Source: Octopus vulgaris (Eukaryota). Taken from it: a stretch of DNA of 64,000 bases. Positions within the stretch are counted from its first letter, which is position 1, and the number at the start of each line of letters is the position of its first letter. The notes under the pieces are model-generated. The model ran no database searches. It worked only from the letters and a program-made list of their open reading frames with translations, and was not told the origin of the DNA. The stretch covers positions 12,152,001-12,216,000 of the forward strand of contig OX597838.1 in NCBI GenBank assembly GCA_951406725.2, read 5' to 3'. Made by a program: the position numbers and the translations under genes. Positions 14,651-33,009 of this stretch are shown piece by piece.

Positions 14651-14775
14651 CTTAGTCAAGAATATTATTACAAGTGAGTTCGAAGTTTCGGCCAGTTAAG
14701 CCAGCGTCGGATTGCCCGACGATGGTTTCACGAGCTGAAATTTCGAAGTCACTCTCAATAATATTCCTATTTAAG
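14651..14775. other. Imperfect fold-back made of two inverted hammerhead-like half-motifs
   Basis: Right arm CCGACGA-T-GGTT-TCACG-AGCT-GAA-ATTTCGAAGT-C; left arm reverse complement CCGACGC-T-GGCT-TAACT-GGCC-GAA-ACTTCGAACT-C. AATAAA lies just downstream. Confidence 0.6.
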
Positions 14776-14874
14776 AATAATAAATTTGTACTTTACAGAT
14801 GTATAGAGTAACCAATCAGATTAATGCAAATTTACATTCATCAAAATAGGACACAAAAACAAATATTAACACAC

Positions 14875-14887
14875 GTATATGCATATA

Positions 14888-14960
<73 letters not shown>

Positions 14961-15092
14961 CTATATATATATATATGCATATATATATACATATATATAC
15001 ACATATATATATATGCATATATATATACATATATATATACATATATGAATATATATATATATACACACACGCCTATATTTATGCATACATGC

Positions 15093-15140
<48 letters not shown>

Positions 15141-15202
15141 ATATATAAGTATATGCATATATATATGCATATATGCATATAAATATTTACATATATGCTT
15201 AC

Positions 15203-15281
<79 letters not shown>

Positions 15282-15292
15282 TATACACACAC
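14875..15292. repeat. (TA)n-rich microsatellite
   Basis: Direct reading. Confidence 0.97.
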
Positions 15293-15551
15293 ATTTATGA
15301 TGCCTTGTATGTATGTTAATAGTCATAATGTTTGGTGGGTATATATTATTTAACGCCGGAAGTAGATACTTTGTTCAATGATTGTTGTACAAGGTCAAAT
15401 GTTTCGTTCGTCGGCTTTCAGAACTCCTCTGCGAAAGGAGACTGAGAAATGCGAGAGTATATTTGCAGTGAGTTCCATTACGTCTTCCATGATTGGAAAT
15501 AAAAAGGAGAATTTAATGGCATTGTAGGGAGCAACAAGAGATGATGAGGTA

Positions 15552-16590
<1,039 letters not shown>

Positions 16591-16803
16591 GGGAGGAAAT
16601 TTCATTGCGAATAAAGATGAGAAATAGCCAAATATGAAATTATATTTTGCGTATGTATATATATATGTGTCTGTGAGAATCACTTTGCCCATTCTACGCA
16701 TGGGTGCCTACATATATGCGCTCCAATATATATAAGCGTCAGTGTCTCTATACCAATGTATTTCTCTGTGTACAGGTGCGCGTTTTTATGTGTTTATGTG
16801 AGG

Positions 16804-16850
<47 letters not shown>

Positions 16851-17049
16851 TGTGTGTGTTTTGCAAGTGTAGGGTTTTAGCAGCAAACGATAAATTAACA
16901 ATTTAATGAATAAAGTCTCTCACTTTCTCCCTCTTCCTCACCCTGCTACCCCCATCTTACCCTCCTCGTTCACTACAAATTACCTTTGACCCTCCAGTAC
17001 ATATAAGTGTGTCCATGTGTGTTCGTACGCGTATATAAGAATGTTCATG

Positions 17050-20078
<3,029 letters not shown>

Positions 20079-20083
20079 TATAA

Positions 20084-20640
20084 GGGAACAAAGGCGCAAT
20101 AGAGGACAATAAAACATTCAGACAGATAGACGATACAAAGGCGGACAGGAGAAACAACAATTAGGACGGGGAAAAAAGACGAGTCATTCGTGGCTTTCTT
20201 TTCTCAGTCAAGTTACCAGAAGTCTTTACAGTTTCGGGCAGCTACCCCACAAAATGTCTAAGCTAAGAGCATTAGATTTTTTGTAAAAAAGCTAGCGAAT
20301 ATGCATGGCAACAAAGACAAAACAACGTAGAATATGGTACACAGTTACAAATACAAGCAACAAGAATATAACAACAAGTGTCTTTCGACTGAGGACGAAT
20401 CAAATTGAGCTGGCAGGTATGAAGTGAAAGCCTAAAGGTAGGAATACAGGAGATGGACACAAGAATTGTTGGTGGTCAGCAGTCAGGCCAAGAGAGAAAA
20501 ATCATGGCTGGCGGACATTGGTCACGTGGAAGATGGAGAGAGGGGTAGGGGTTGGGAAATGAAGGATTAGAAAAAATGTCAGAGACAAAGGAACATGTAC
20601 AGGGGAGATAAGCGAGGAGGAAAAGTAGGAGTTAAAGAAA
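20084..20640. mobile_element. Interspersed non-coding element family E, copy 1 (adjacent to TA tract)
   Basis: Co-linear similarity to 54446-54996, e.g. CGCAATAGAGGACAATAAAACA and GACGAGTCATTCGTGGC. Confidence 0.8.
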
Positions 20641-20684
20641 GAGAGGGCCAAGAAATGTGATAGAGCGGGGGGGCGAGAAAACTG

Positions 20685-21400
20685 CAAGTTGGTGTCTCCA
20701 TTCCTGTAGGAGAAAAGCGGGGAATCCCTCAGGGCCTACAGCCGAATAGTCTTTGATTTCATATATTGCTGCTACGATGTCTAAAGCAGAAAAGGTTATG
20801 TTCGAGATTATATGTTGAGAGTCGACTTCGTTCACACCCCTTACTTCAATATCAGTGGGATCATAAAAGACAGGGTAGTATTGTTTCTGCAGTACTGCTT
20901 GTTTGCATATGAAACGTTAGCACGCCGGGCGAAATGCGTAGCCGTATTTCGTCTGCCGTTACGTTCTGGGTTCAAATTCCGCTGAGGACGACTTTGCCTT
21001 TCATCCTTTCGGGGCCGATAAATTAAGTACCAGTTACGCACTGGGGTCGATGTAATCGACTTAATACCTATGTCTGTCCTTGTTTGTCCACTCTATGTTT
21101 AGCCCTTGTGGGTAATAAAGAATAAGTACTGCTTGTTTGCATATGAATAGAAAACTTTTGGGTTCTGTTTGACTTTTAATTACCCACTGTTCCTCTGCAG
21201 CTCTTTGGTTTTCAATGCAGGTTTTCATGTTGGTCTGCTGATGAAGTTTTCCCAATTCCAGCCTTTTCCTTGTTGTTGAACGTGGATGTCGTATGTGGGA
21301 ATATTTTAATTGGTTGACTTCTTTTATTAAGTCTTTTGATGCTCTTGATGAGTGTTTTTTTCTTTCTAGGGAACCAGTTTCTGTTTGTATTAGTGGGTTT
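20685..21400 (-). mobile_element. CR1/L2-like LINE ORF2 fragment (pre-RT region) interrupted by a SINE
   Basis: ITFSALDIVAAIYEIKDYSAVGPEGFPAFLLQEW resembles the K-S/A-PGPDG motif at the RT start; upstream EEQWVIK...PKSF. Confidence 0.7.
20914..21124 (+). mobile_element. 5'-truncated SINE family A with a ~23-bp flanking direct repeat
   Basis: AGTACTGCTTGTTTGCATATGAA at 20891-20913 and 21125-21147. Confidence 0.92.
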
Positions 21401-21439
21401 CGTAGGAGCGTATAGACAGAAAATATGGAGAGAGAGACC

Positions 21440-21474
<35 letters not shown>

Positions 21475-21645
21475 ATTTGGCTCAAAAGCAAATAGCAAGG
21501 CCATGTAGGGGGACATGGAGTTAAGTACAGGGTGGTGTTCATGTAAAGAGTTCAGGCGACTTGAGGTCAAGGGCGGCTTTGAACAAAGCGGTCGTCGGCA
21601 TCTTCACCATCTCGTCCGGCAGCTTGTTCCACAGACATGTAAAGT
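21440..21645 (-). mobile_element. CR1-clade LINE 3' end with (AACT)n tail
   Basis: LWNKLPDEMVKMPTTALFKAALDLKSPELFT* fits the CR1 C-terminal WNxLP...FK..LD motif; short 3' UTR, then (TAGT)n on the plus strand. Confidence 0.8.
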
Positions 21646-21765
21646 TATTCTTAACTGATAACCAGCATCCCCTGCATCTCCATGGATGCTGCGAATATAG
21701 TATTTTGTGTTTCTTTCGTGGCGTGTTCATGAGTGCTGTTGTGGTGATTATATATAAAGGAAGGG

Positions 21766-22010
21766 CGAGCTTCCTATAAGGCGGCGAGCTGGCAGAAACG
21801 TTAGCGCGCCGGGCGAAATGCTTAGCGGTATTTCGTCTGTCGTTACGTTCTGAGTTCAAATTCCGCCGAGGTCGACTTTGCCTTTCATCCTTTCCGGGTC
21901 GATAAATTAAGTAACAGTTATGTACTGGGGTTGATGTTATTGACTTAGTCCCTTTGTCTGTCCTTGTTTGTCCCCTCTATGTTTAGCCCCTTGTGGGTAA
22001 TAAAGAAATA
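21766..22010 (+). mobile_element. Full-length SINE family A with TSD
   Basis: TATATATAAAGGAAGGG at 21749-21765 and 22011-22027. Confidence 0.92.
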
Positions 22011-22657
22011 TATATATAAAGGAAGGGAATTTGCTTCTAGAAACAGCCCCGGCAGAGCAGAGGTGGTTAAGTTACCTTCTCTCAGCAATAGCGCGGACAA
22101 ACGAGTCACACGTCCAACCACATCGTCTGAAAAAAATATGAAAAATAATGAGAAGAAAAAGGACAAATAGAGAAGGGCTTCTGTTGAAATATTTTGGATT
22201 ATAGATTAGCTCGATCTGAACTGACCTGGAAGCAAACCCAACGACCCAACAGGAACAACAAAAACAGCCGTATCATCAAAAGTCATTGGACAACTCCAGC
22301 GACTTTTCCACGGTCGAATGGGTCTTCTGAAATAAGTCTTCTATTGACAAGACAATCCACAAACATATACAAGGGATAAAGGTCTATCTTCACTCGTTCA
22401 TTAAATCGTTCGGAAAATAAATTTACAAACAAGCTGAACCTCTAATGGACTCAGTCAACTGAATAGAAAGTTTATACAAGTCGCAATTCAAGAGAATTAG
22501 AGATTAAAAGAATTGGAGAAACCGTTTGGGACTTTCTTTACTTGAAATGCACTTGACAGAGACTTCGCTTCCAGATCAAAATGAAACAACGAAGCTATTG
22601 TTGAAGAACGCATGCATGAATATATGCATTATATATATCTATATATATCTATATATA

Positions 22658-22799
<142 letters not shown>

Positions 22800-22909
22800 T
22801 ATATAGATATATATATATATAGATATACATATATCCTATTGTTATAATTCGTGATGGTGATTTGTTTGCCAAAGAAACATGTGTATTATTACATCTCTCT
22901 CCTCTTCCC

Positions 22910-23026
<117 letters not shown>

Positions 23027-23104
23027 TGTATGTATGTATGTATGTATGTAGGTATGTATATATATGAATAGAAAACATGAACATATGAGAAGTGACGTGA
23101 AAGA

Positions 23105-23265
23105 TGTCTACTGTGGTTGTTTGACAAGAAGTTTACTTCCCAACTACATGGTTCCGGGTTCAATCCCTCTGCGTGGCACCTTGGGAAAGTGTCACCTCCT
23201 ACAGCCCGCGCTGTCCAAAGTTTGTGAGTAGATTTGGTACATGAGAACTGAAGGAAGCTCGTCGT
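23105..23265 (+). mobile_element. SINE family C, 5' part
   Basis: GGTTCCGGGTTCAATCCCTCTGCGTGGCACCTTGGG...GAAGCTCGTCGT. Confidence 0.8.
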
Positions 23266-23268
23266 ATT

Positions 23269-23356
<88 letters not shown>

Positions 23357-24756
23357 GTGTGTGTATGCGTTTATAATGTGTATATCTATATAGGTCTGTG
23401 CGTATCTATGTATATGCTCTTTCTCTTCTCGTTGATTTCCGTTTTCCGTCTTACTAGCATCTTGCCCGTTTGTTCAGTTCTTTTCTAGAATCGTTTATCT
23501 CTGCCCTAACTTCAATATCTCTCCTCTACACCTAAGATATTAACCTGAATATAGATTTTTGATTGTAGTTTGCAACCCGCACGTTTAAATCTTCTCCATT
23601 TCTTATCCCAATATTCTCCGTTTCCTCTCTCTCTATGTATATAGACCTTTATAATTTCAATTTTCCTTACTCCAGAACATAATTTTCAATTTATATCTAT
23701 CGATACTTTTCTAAGTCGATAACCCAGAATATGATTTGGTTCATCTCTTTTAATTCAGTATCTTCCAGCTCTTTCATTCTCTCTTCTTCTTCTTCCTTCC
23801 CATTTCTCCTTCCTATAATCCATCTATCATCGTTCATCGTTGATCCGTGCATCATTGATCCGAGATAACACGGCACGCTCAATTTTAAATTGTGTTTTGC
23901 TTATTACACATCCATCTAAAAGAACCCGGTTCGGTTCGGCAATCTAAGATTCTGCTTCGACGGAAAAAAGGGAGCTACATAAACTGCTCCCAATACTCAG
24001 GTCTTTTTTGTGGGTGTCTGAATGAAACCCATTTTCTCTCATATGGTCTAAATATTCATTTCACCCGGCGTTTTTGGAACCAAACAACCGTGATAAACGA
24101 GGATAGAATCATATGTTGCTGCCTCTCAAAGTGACCTCCGACGGTTATTATTGCTATGAAATCTATTATACTTCTGTGTCAATACCAACGAAAACATGCT
24201 GCTTCATGGCATGTATTTACGTTCTCCTCTGAGTTGATAAATGTACGTACTGATATAGCTGTACTGTTATCCACTTTTAACTTGTCATTACAGAAATATT
24301 GACTTTTTGACAATAAGTTATTGAGGATTTCACTGAATTATGATCCGTTCGATCTATGTTCGTGATTTACAATAGGAACACATGCACACGAGCTCATAGA
24401 CACGTGCACGCACACATGTAATGTTTGTGTCTATATGTGTGTACGTGCATGTGTGAGTGCGGGGAGGGGGGCGTATGTATGCACGAATGTATGTATGGAT
24501 AGTTAGCAGGGTCAACAGTAAGGCGGCATGTTTGTAGAATACGAGATTTTAATTGAAGATCTATTACAGTTAGGGTAGTATTTATGGTAAGGTGGGTAAA
24601 TAGAGCTAAGGATTTCGAAAAATAACTTGGGTAAAGATTTAACCTGGAGAAAAAAAATAGTGGTGAATAAAAAGAATACACCTCCATATCACCACTTTTG
24701 TTAAATATAGCCCCAATCTCGCTAGAAATCATGCACTCCTCTCTCGGTCGGACATC

Positions 24757-24806
<50 letters not shown>

Positions 24807-25068
24807 GATGATGATGATGACGACGATGATGATGATGATGATGACGACGACGATGATGATGATGATGATGACGACGATGATGATGATGATGATGATGACG
24901 ATGATGATGATGATGATGATGATGACGATGAAGATGATGATGATGGGGGTGGAGGCGGGGTGGTAGAGGTTGCGAAATCTGCGCTAAGTGAGTAGACGTA
25001 CGAATGAGATTTGACGGAAGCGTGCGTGGGTTAAGACGTTGAAATTCAGGTCGGAGTGGATGCAGTTG

Positions 25069-25119
<51 letters not shown>

Positions 25120-25480
25120 TAGGATTGAAACCGGTCGGCTGAGAGCAGTGGGTGAGGGGATGGAATGATCTTAGTTTCTGCGATGGGAATTATCGAAGCG
25201 TGGGGGCAGGTAGGGGAATGGGAGGTCATATGTACTGTTGTATTGATGATGATGATGATGACAGTGATGTTGATGATGATGTTGATGATGATGATGATGA
25301 TGATGACGATGTCTATGATAATTATGATAATGATGATGGTGGTGATGGTGGTGGTGGTGGTGGTGGTGGTGGTGGTGGTGGATGATGATGTTGGTAACGA
25401 CGACGGTGATGGTAATTGTGATGATGATGATGACAATGACGATGATGGAGAGGATGATGACGACGATGATGTTGTTGTTG
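24757..25480. repeat. (ATG)n/(ACG), (GT)n and (GGT)n microsatellites
   Basis: Direct reading. Confidence 0.93.
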
Positions 25481-25745
25481 CAGGGGTGATGGGATGATAT
25501 GGAAGAGTAGCGGGGAGGGGATGCAATGAAGGTGAGACAAGGGACGTACAGAGGTTACAATTAGCTGCAATGGGATTGAGATTATCGATGGGAGAAGAGG
25601 TTGGGTGGATGGGTGTACGGGTGGACGTACGTTTCTATGTGTGTCGCGTATGCATGTGCCTACATGTCTGTATGTGTATACATCTGTACGCGTATGTATA
25701 AGCATGTCTGCATTATATATGTGTGTGTGAGTGTATTTATGTGTG

Positions 25746-25799
<54 letters not shown>

Positions 25800-25802
25800 A
25801 CA

Positions 25803-25841
<39 letters not shown>

Positions 25842-25974
25842 ATATATGTATATGTATGTTTATGCATATGTGTGTTTTATGTGTATGCATGTGTGCGAGT
25901 ATAAGTACATATGTATATATATGTTTATATTTATATATGTATATATATATATATGCATATACACCGATACAGAT

Positions 25975-26037
<63 letters not shown>

Positions 26038-26469
26038 CGTTGCCATGCATGTATTATATCTAAGCACCGGTATGCATTTTTCACATATGAATGTGTGTAC
26101 GTACATATCTGTATATGTGTGTATGCGTGTCTATGAATGTATATGTGTGTATATGTACAGTGAGGGGCGGGTGGGGGAACGAAGCGGGCGAATTTCTGTT
26201 TGGCATTGAGAAACGTGCAGCTGTGTCCCAGGAGAGGTGGTCTCGCCTCCCTTTACTTCCTTACACAACAATAAAGTGTGCGGAAATATGGCAGAACGGA
26301 AACGGAAGAGCGGGAGATTGAGACAAAGAAAAAAAGAGAGAGAAAAGATGAGGAAAAACAACAATAATAATTAAAACAATAATAGTCATAATATTAATAA
26401 TGATAATAATAATAGTAGCACTAGTAGTATTGATAGTAGTATTAGTAGTATAATAGTAATATCAACAGT

Positions 26470-27205
<736 letters not shown>

Positions 27206-27420
27206 ATTCAGTAGTCTGATTTTTATCACGTGCTTTCACTGCACTACTGAGCACAACTATGTGTGCTTTGTATATATGCTATGGTTTTGTTGTGATGCTC
27301 TTATTGTTACTGTATTCAAAGTGTTTTACGTAGGATGTGTGCAGTGCCTAGTAGTGCTATTTTCTGTATGTTATATGCACTTGTAAGTCCTAGTGTTTTT
27401 GTTATGCATTTGAATGTATG
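27206..27420 (-). mobile_element. R4/Dong-clade LINE 3' end (second family), 5'-truncated
   Basis: Minus strand YNIQKIALLGTAHILRKTL, then the 3' UTR shared with 38551 and 43678, ending in TAA/TAG repeats. Confidence 0.85.
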
Positions 27421-27549
27421 ATTATTATTCTGAATTATTATTCTGATTATTATGAATTCGGATTCAGCGTAAAAATGACATCTATATTAAAGATTTCGAC
27501 ACGCAGTGACGATAACCTCAAAGATCCTTGATTTGTACATCGGCACACA

Positions 27550-28215
27550 TATAAAACCTTACATCTAGAGATTAGGTAGTCCACTGTTTCAATCCTATCG
27601 TTGCAGTATCTGCACGTTCGGTCTATACACCATTTTCGTCACATTAGCTTGATAGTTCCGGATCAATAAGCTCTGATCTTGAGCAGTCAAGATAAAGCCT
27701 TCATTTACTGCCTTTAGCCCTGAGCTCCGTAGCTACTAATGGGTGTGCTTCTGGTCTACATCAGCTTGTTTGCTAAGGATCACATATTTGCCATGCAGAG
27801 GATTTTGTTCCTAATTATCAGCCAATTGTTCAAATGCATTTTGCTTTGCTATTGATTTCATCTTCTTTGCAAATACAGTTGCCGCACTTCCATCATATGT
27901 CCATTCTGGGTATTATGCATAAACTCACTTGAAAATATTTTGCTCTGCTCCATAACAGAATGAAGCTTCTTACGTCTTTTATGGTTTTCAATGAGCTTTA
28001 GCATCCAATCGTTATATATTTCATGATATTTTGCCAGTCCAAGTGTGGTGGTTTTCTAAGAGATTTCAAATTGGATCAAGCCTCAACCTCTTTGAGCTCT
28101 GGGTAGGTAAAGGCGATCTGCATCTACCTTTGGGTGGTGCATCCTGTCAGTCTTACATATTTCGTTCATATTCCAGTTCAACACATTGAAAGGGTAAATA
28201 ACAACCGGAACAAGG
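27550..28215 (-). mobile_element. R4/Dong-clade LINE fragment (post-RT region and zinc knuckle)
   Basis: Minus frames give VPVVIYPFNVLNW, MHHPKVDADRLYLPR...GLIQFE, PLHGKY, AQDQSL and CRYCNDRIETVDYLISRC (degenerate CCHC). Confidence 0.85.
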
Positions 28216-28369
28216 TGAAAAAACAAATTGACAAATAAACTATCAAAAAATTATTGGATAATCTCAGATCCGGATTTCTGGTTCTGTATAATTAATACCT
28301 ATAAGGTTTTTATTCCCATGCTGGCCACTTGATATCATCGGTATTTTAAATAACGATCTTATCCTTATT

Positions 28370-28463
<94 letters not shown>

Positions 28464-28725
28464 TTACTTTGTTGCTATATTCACTGCGGTGGTATTTTCA
28501 AAATATAGCACATGGAGTTGAGACGGGCAATTAAATCAGGCGTGTATATACGTACATATATATGTATGTATATGTTTGTATATATATATATATATATATA
28601 TATTTGTAATTATGTACCATCTGTGTATATCTCACTGATGAGGCAGAGTATATTTTTATACATCTGCACCTCCTACCATGAAGTTGGTTAATCTGGGACA
28701 CCTGACAGGAAGAGATCCAGTTTTA

Positions 28726-28871
<146 letters not shown>

Positions 28872-30049
28872 GTCGTTGTTTTGGCCGAATCATTGGCGCC
28901 TCGGACAAAATGCGAGTGTATCTAATCCGACCGTTTACACCCTAAATTTAAATCTCAACTAGGACCACACGTTTTTTCAGTGTGTGTTTGGTGGGTGGGG
29001 TGGAATCAGTGAGACAGACACACACACACACGCAAAATGCTGAGTTGTATGACATAATAAAGTAACCTTTGCCACCCTACCACCTTAGATCTGTCACCTC
29101 GTAATCATGCTGCAAATAACAACTATTCAACTATCATAGTTGTTGTTGTTGTTGTTGTAATTAACACTGGTGTTGTTGTTGCTGCTGTTGTAGTTATTCT
29201 TTACGTTCCTCGTTATTTTCAGGTGAATTTAATTTATTTACAACATACTGAATTACATGACTTACTCTTTGCACGTACGCCGCCCTCCGGGGCGTGCATG
29301 CATATACACACACACACACAAAAGAGAGGACTAAGGAATAACCAATTTGTGTGTGTGTGTATGTGTGTATGCATGCTCAGGCGTGTTGCGAGTGTGTGCG
29401 TATACGTGTATGACTGCGTATGTATGTTTCTAAGCAGCAAGATATAACAGAACGTGAAAGGAGTTAATGATGTATTTAAAAACATAATCATACTCTTATG
29501 CGTATCCCTGTATATTTATATACCTGTCTCTCTTTTCTTCGTTCAATTTGCATGTCTATTCTCTCTCTCTCTCTCCTTCTCTCTCTCACTTCCTCCTTAA
29601 TATGCACCTATTATATATATATAAATATATATATATATAATAGGTGCATATTAAGGAGGAAATGAGAGATAGAGAGAGAGCGAGAGAGAGAGAAAGGGAG
29701 ACATACATACATATATACATACATACATACATATATATATATATATATGTGTGTGTATATGTATATATATATGTGTGTGAGTATGTGTGTGTGTGTGTGT
29801 GACCGCGTGTGCATCTTTGGCGATTTTTTCCCTCCGTCTCTCTTCCTTGGATCTTTCCTTTCCTGAACGTCCAATAACACTATACTTGACTTGTTCCACG
29901 TCATCCCGTTTTTGTGTTTTCTCTTTGTGTTTTCACGTTTGGATTAACTTTATATATATATATGCATACATACATATGTAAACGATAATAATAAATAGTA
30001 ATAATGTGTTTTGAAAGGCACAACAATGCACTATATATATATGTGTGTG

Positions 30050-30110
<61 letters not shown>

Positions 30111-30295
30111 ATATATGTATATACATGCAATTTTACCCATTAGTATACCCATCTCAGAATTAATTTTATTCTTAATACGGGAGAAAACTCTGGATGTCAT
30201 CCCCATATAGAGGATTTCTCATTGGTACTAATGTCCTGTGTATTTGCATAAATGTAATTGCCTTCCCAAATAATTAGCACTTCATGTTTGAGGAT

Positions 30296-30368
30296 CCGAT
30301 GAAGCTATAAGCTGTTGCTCAGACACTTAACTATGAATCCGCTACATCTATAGCGGAAACGGCTGTTA
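30296..30368 (+). ncRNA. Degenerate type I hammerhead motif, CCGAUGA core, long stem II
   Basis: CCGATGA-A-GCTATA...TATAGC-G-GAA-ACGGCTGT-T. Stem I is weak and the triplet reads GUU. (TA)n follows about 50 bp downstream. Confidence 0.5.
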
Positions 30369-30417
30369 GGTAATGAAGTTCGTAAGATAATAATTCATTC
30401 CATTATCATCTCTATTT

Positions 30418-30480
<63 letters not shown>

Positions 30481-30484
<4 letters not shown>

Positions 30485-30650
30485 GGAAAGTTTACGAAAA
30501 TAAACAAAAGACGAAGGCAGGTGGTGGAGTACAAACAAACAAATGTATTAGTATAGCGCTCAGTAATAGAAAAAGTCTTTTACGTTTCGAGCCTACGCTC
30601 TTCGACAGAAAGATACACAGAAAAAAAAGGAGAGAAAAAAATGCGTGTAG
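30481..30650 (-). mobile_element. Family D element with hammerhead variant at 30576-30613, abutting (TA)n
   Basis: Near-identical reverse complement of 40176-40340. Confidence 0.85.
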
Positions 30651-30736
30651 GAGCTAATGGTCCAATACAAGAGTATTATTTTATTTTCTAGTAAAATAAA
30701 GCACCATACGTTTAAAGTATAAATATAAATATAGAA

Positions 30737-31019
30737 TGGCGGTACAACAATGCACCAATACTTACTGGAAAAGGCAGTCGATAATATACGACGCTATAAT
30801 AAAGCTTTTTATGGGTATGAAGAACATCAGATAAATGCCCAACTGAGATGTGGATAATCTAGGACCTAGGTTTCAAACTCTTCAAGATACTTTTATTAGC
30901 GTAAACTTGATTAGTTCTCTTCAACTAGATTTACCAATATATACAGTAAACGTCCATTATACCGTCGAATGTTGTCGACTACTGTTTCCAGTAAATATTG
31001 GTGCGTTGTTGTACCACTG
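30737..31019. mobile_element. MITE-like element with ~65-bp imperfect terminal inverted repeats
   Basis: Left GGTACAACAATGCACCAATACTTACTGGAAA...TATAAT; right reverse complement CAGTGGTACAACAACGCACCAATATTTACTGGAAA...TATAAT; no ORF. Confidence 0.8.
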
Positions 31020-31068
31020 TTCACATGTGTGTGCATGTAGGTGAGTGTGCGTTTGTGCGTGCGTATGT

Positions 31069-31103
<35 letters not shown>

Positions 31104-31302
31104 GATGTAAATGTACGAATGTGTTTTATAAGTTCGAAAAAATGCAACATGGAGATCAAACAAAAATGATTTTGTCAAGTATATGCTGACGACGACTACG
31201 AAGAAGAAGATGATGATGATGATAGTGGTGATGATGACGACGACAACGATGATGATGATGGGGAGGAGGAGGAGGAGGGGGATAATGATGATGATAATAA
31301 TA

Positions 31303-31338
<36 letters not shown>

Positions 31339-31717
31339 GTGATTTCTTTATTCGCCAGAAGGTAAACAGATGAGGTGCCTACTAATATGACAAGCAGAAC
31401 AAATCAATTTAATTAGAAACAAGAAATATTTTTATATTTAAATAAATGATTGAATGACGTCAGTTATAAATTTTATTTTAAAAAATCATAAAGAATCTCG
31501 TAGTTACAAACATTATCACGCACCTCGTGTCTATGTTACATTTGCCAACATCCTCAGATTGATAAAAGGTGTACTGGATGATACCGAGTTAGAAGAAAAA
31601 TATCGTGTAGATACACACATATGTATGCATGTGTGTGTGTGTCTCTGTATGTGTGCATGTGTATGTGTGCCTGTGTGTGTGTGTGTGTGTGCCTGTGTGC
31701 ATATATATATATATAAT

Positions 31718-32048
31718 GGAGGCGCAATGGCCCAGTGGTTAGGGCAGCGGACTCGCGGTCATAGGATCGCGGTTTCGATTCCCAGACCGGGCGTTGTGAG
31801 TGTTTATTGAGCGAAAACACCTAAAAGCTCCACGAGGCTCCGGCAGGGGATGGTGGTGATCCCTGCTGTACTCTTTCACCACAACTTTCTCTCACTCTTA
31901 CTTCCTGTTTCTGTTGTACCTGTATTTCAAGGGGCCGGCCTTGTCACTCTCTGTGTCACGCTGAATATCCCCGAGAACTACGTTAAGGGTGTTCCGTTGA
32001 TTCGGATCAACCGGAACCCCCATCGTCGTAACCGACGGAGCGCTTCCA
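31718..32048 (+). mobile_element. SINE family B, tail type 2
   Basis: A box TGGCCCAGTGG and B box GGTTTCGATTCC; flanked by short TA tracts. Confidence 0.88.
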
Positions 32049-32106
32049 TATATATATAAGAACAGAATGGACTAAGACGATCAGGAGCACACACGAGGCC
32101 TAAAAT

Positions 32107-32150
32107 TGTCGCTGAAGAGGTCACAGATGTGTGACGAAAGATTTCAGACA
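32107..32150 (+). ncRNA. Type I hammerhead ribozyme motif, canonical core, minimal helix III
   Basis: TGTCg-CTGAAGA-G-GTCACA-GATG-TGTGAC-GAA-AGATTT-C-aGACA; perfect 6-bp stem II, UUC triplet, G.A mismatch at the base of stem I. Confidence 0.65.
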
Positions 32151-32439
32151 CTGGATATGAATCAAAATAGGAACAGTAGTAAACGAGTGAGAACGAATAT
32201 ATAGTGCCTGTGTTTATTTGGGGTAAAAAAATGACCATCCCGAAATACAACAATATCTGTTTCAACATACGGTTTAACATTAGGAAGCTTGCAACACAAA
32301 TTCATAAACGTGTATATAGATTAGAAATTTTGATTAATGCATTCAGAGAAAGTAATTTGTTGAGTTGATATAGTTTTTGTAAGGTAGTAAACATTTGTAA
32401 AAAATATATATTTCTCGAAGTCAAAAATGCAATAAATCT

Positions 32440-33009
32440 TGAAGCAGGTAGCCAGGAATGTCAAACCTTTTACAAGGTCCCCTCTGAAGGCTGTTCATAA
32501 GCAGAAAGGACTGAAAAGGGCAGAGGAATACATGAAGATAAGTTTTTCAACAGTTCTATTCACTGACGAATGCCGTGCTACACTTGATGGACCAGATGGT
32601 TGATGTCATCGGAGACATATCTTCTTAAAGGAAACTTTCCAACAGTGGTTCAAAAAGCAAAAACTTTCATTCAAGAGAAAGCTGGTCTTCATGCAAGATA
32701 ATGCCCCGTCTCATGCAGTGAAGAATTCTAAGGAATACCTGCAGCAAATAGGCTTCTCTGGAGGTCGTTTGATGAAGTAGCTACTTTGTTCTCCTGACTT
32801 AAACCCGATCGAGAACCCGTGAAGAGTTCTGATGAGGCGCGCTTACCAAGATGGACGGCAGTTTTCAAGTAAATTTGACCTCTGAGATGCTATTGTAGAT
32901 GCTGCTCAAAGCGTGACACAAAAGGATATCATCACCTTAACAAATTCAGTGGATCAATGTGTAAGGAAGGTTATTGCATGTGGAAGGAGGGTCATACGTC
33001 AAACACTAG
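32440..33009 (+). pseudogene. Tc1-like transposase pseudogene with DD37E spacing
   Basis: YMKISFSTVLFTDECRATLDGPDG*, internal deletion, then VFMQDNAPSHA...SPDLNPIENP*; 37 codons between the second D and the E; several stops. Confidence 0.9.

Noticed and set aside
23890-24140. Faint resemblance to a mariner C-terminus (LFCGCLNETHF)
   Set aside because: No catalytic motif could be recovered
28635-28670. CTGATGA followed by a GCAGA...TCTGC stem
   Set aside because: No GAAA, helix III or cleavage triplet follows; at best a truncated 5' half of a hammerhead
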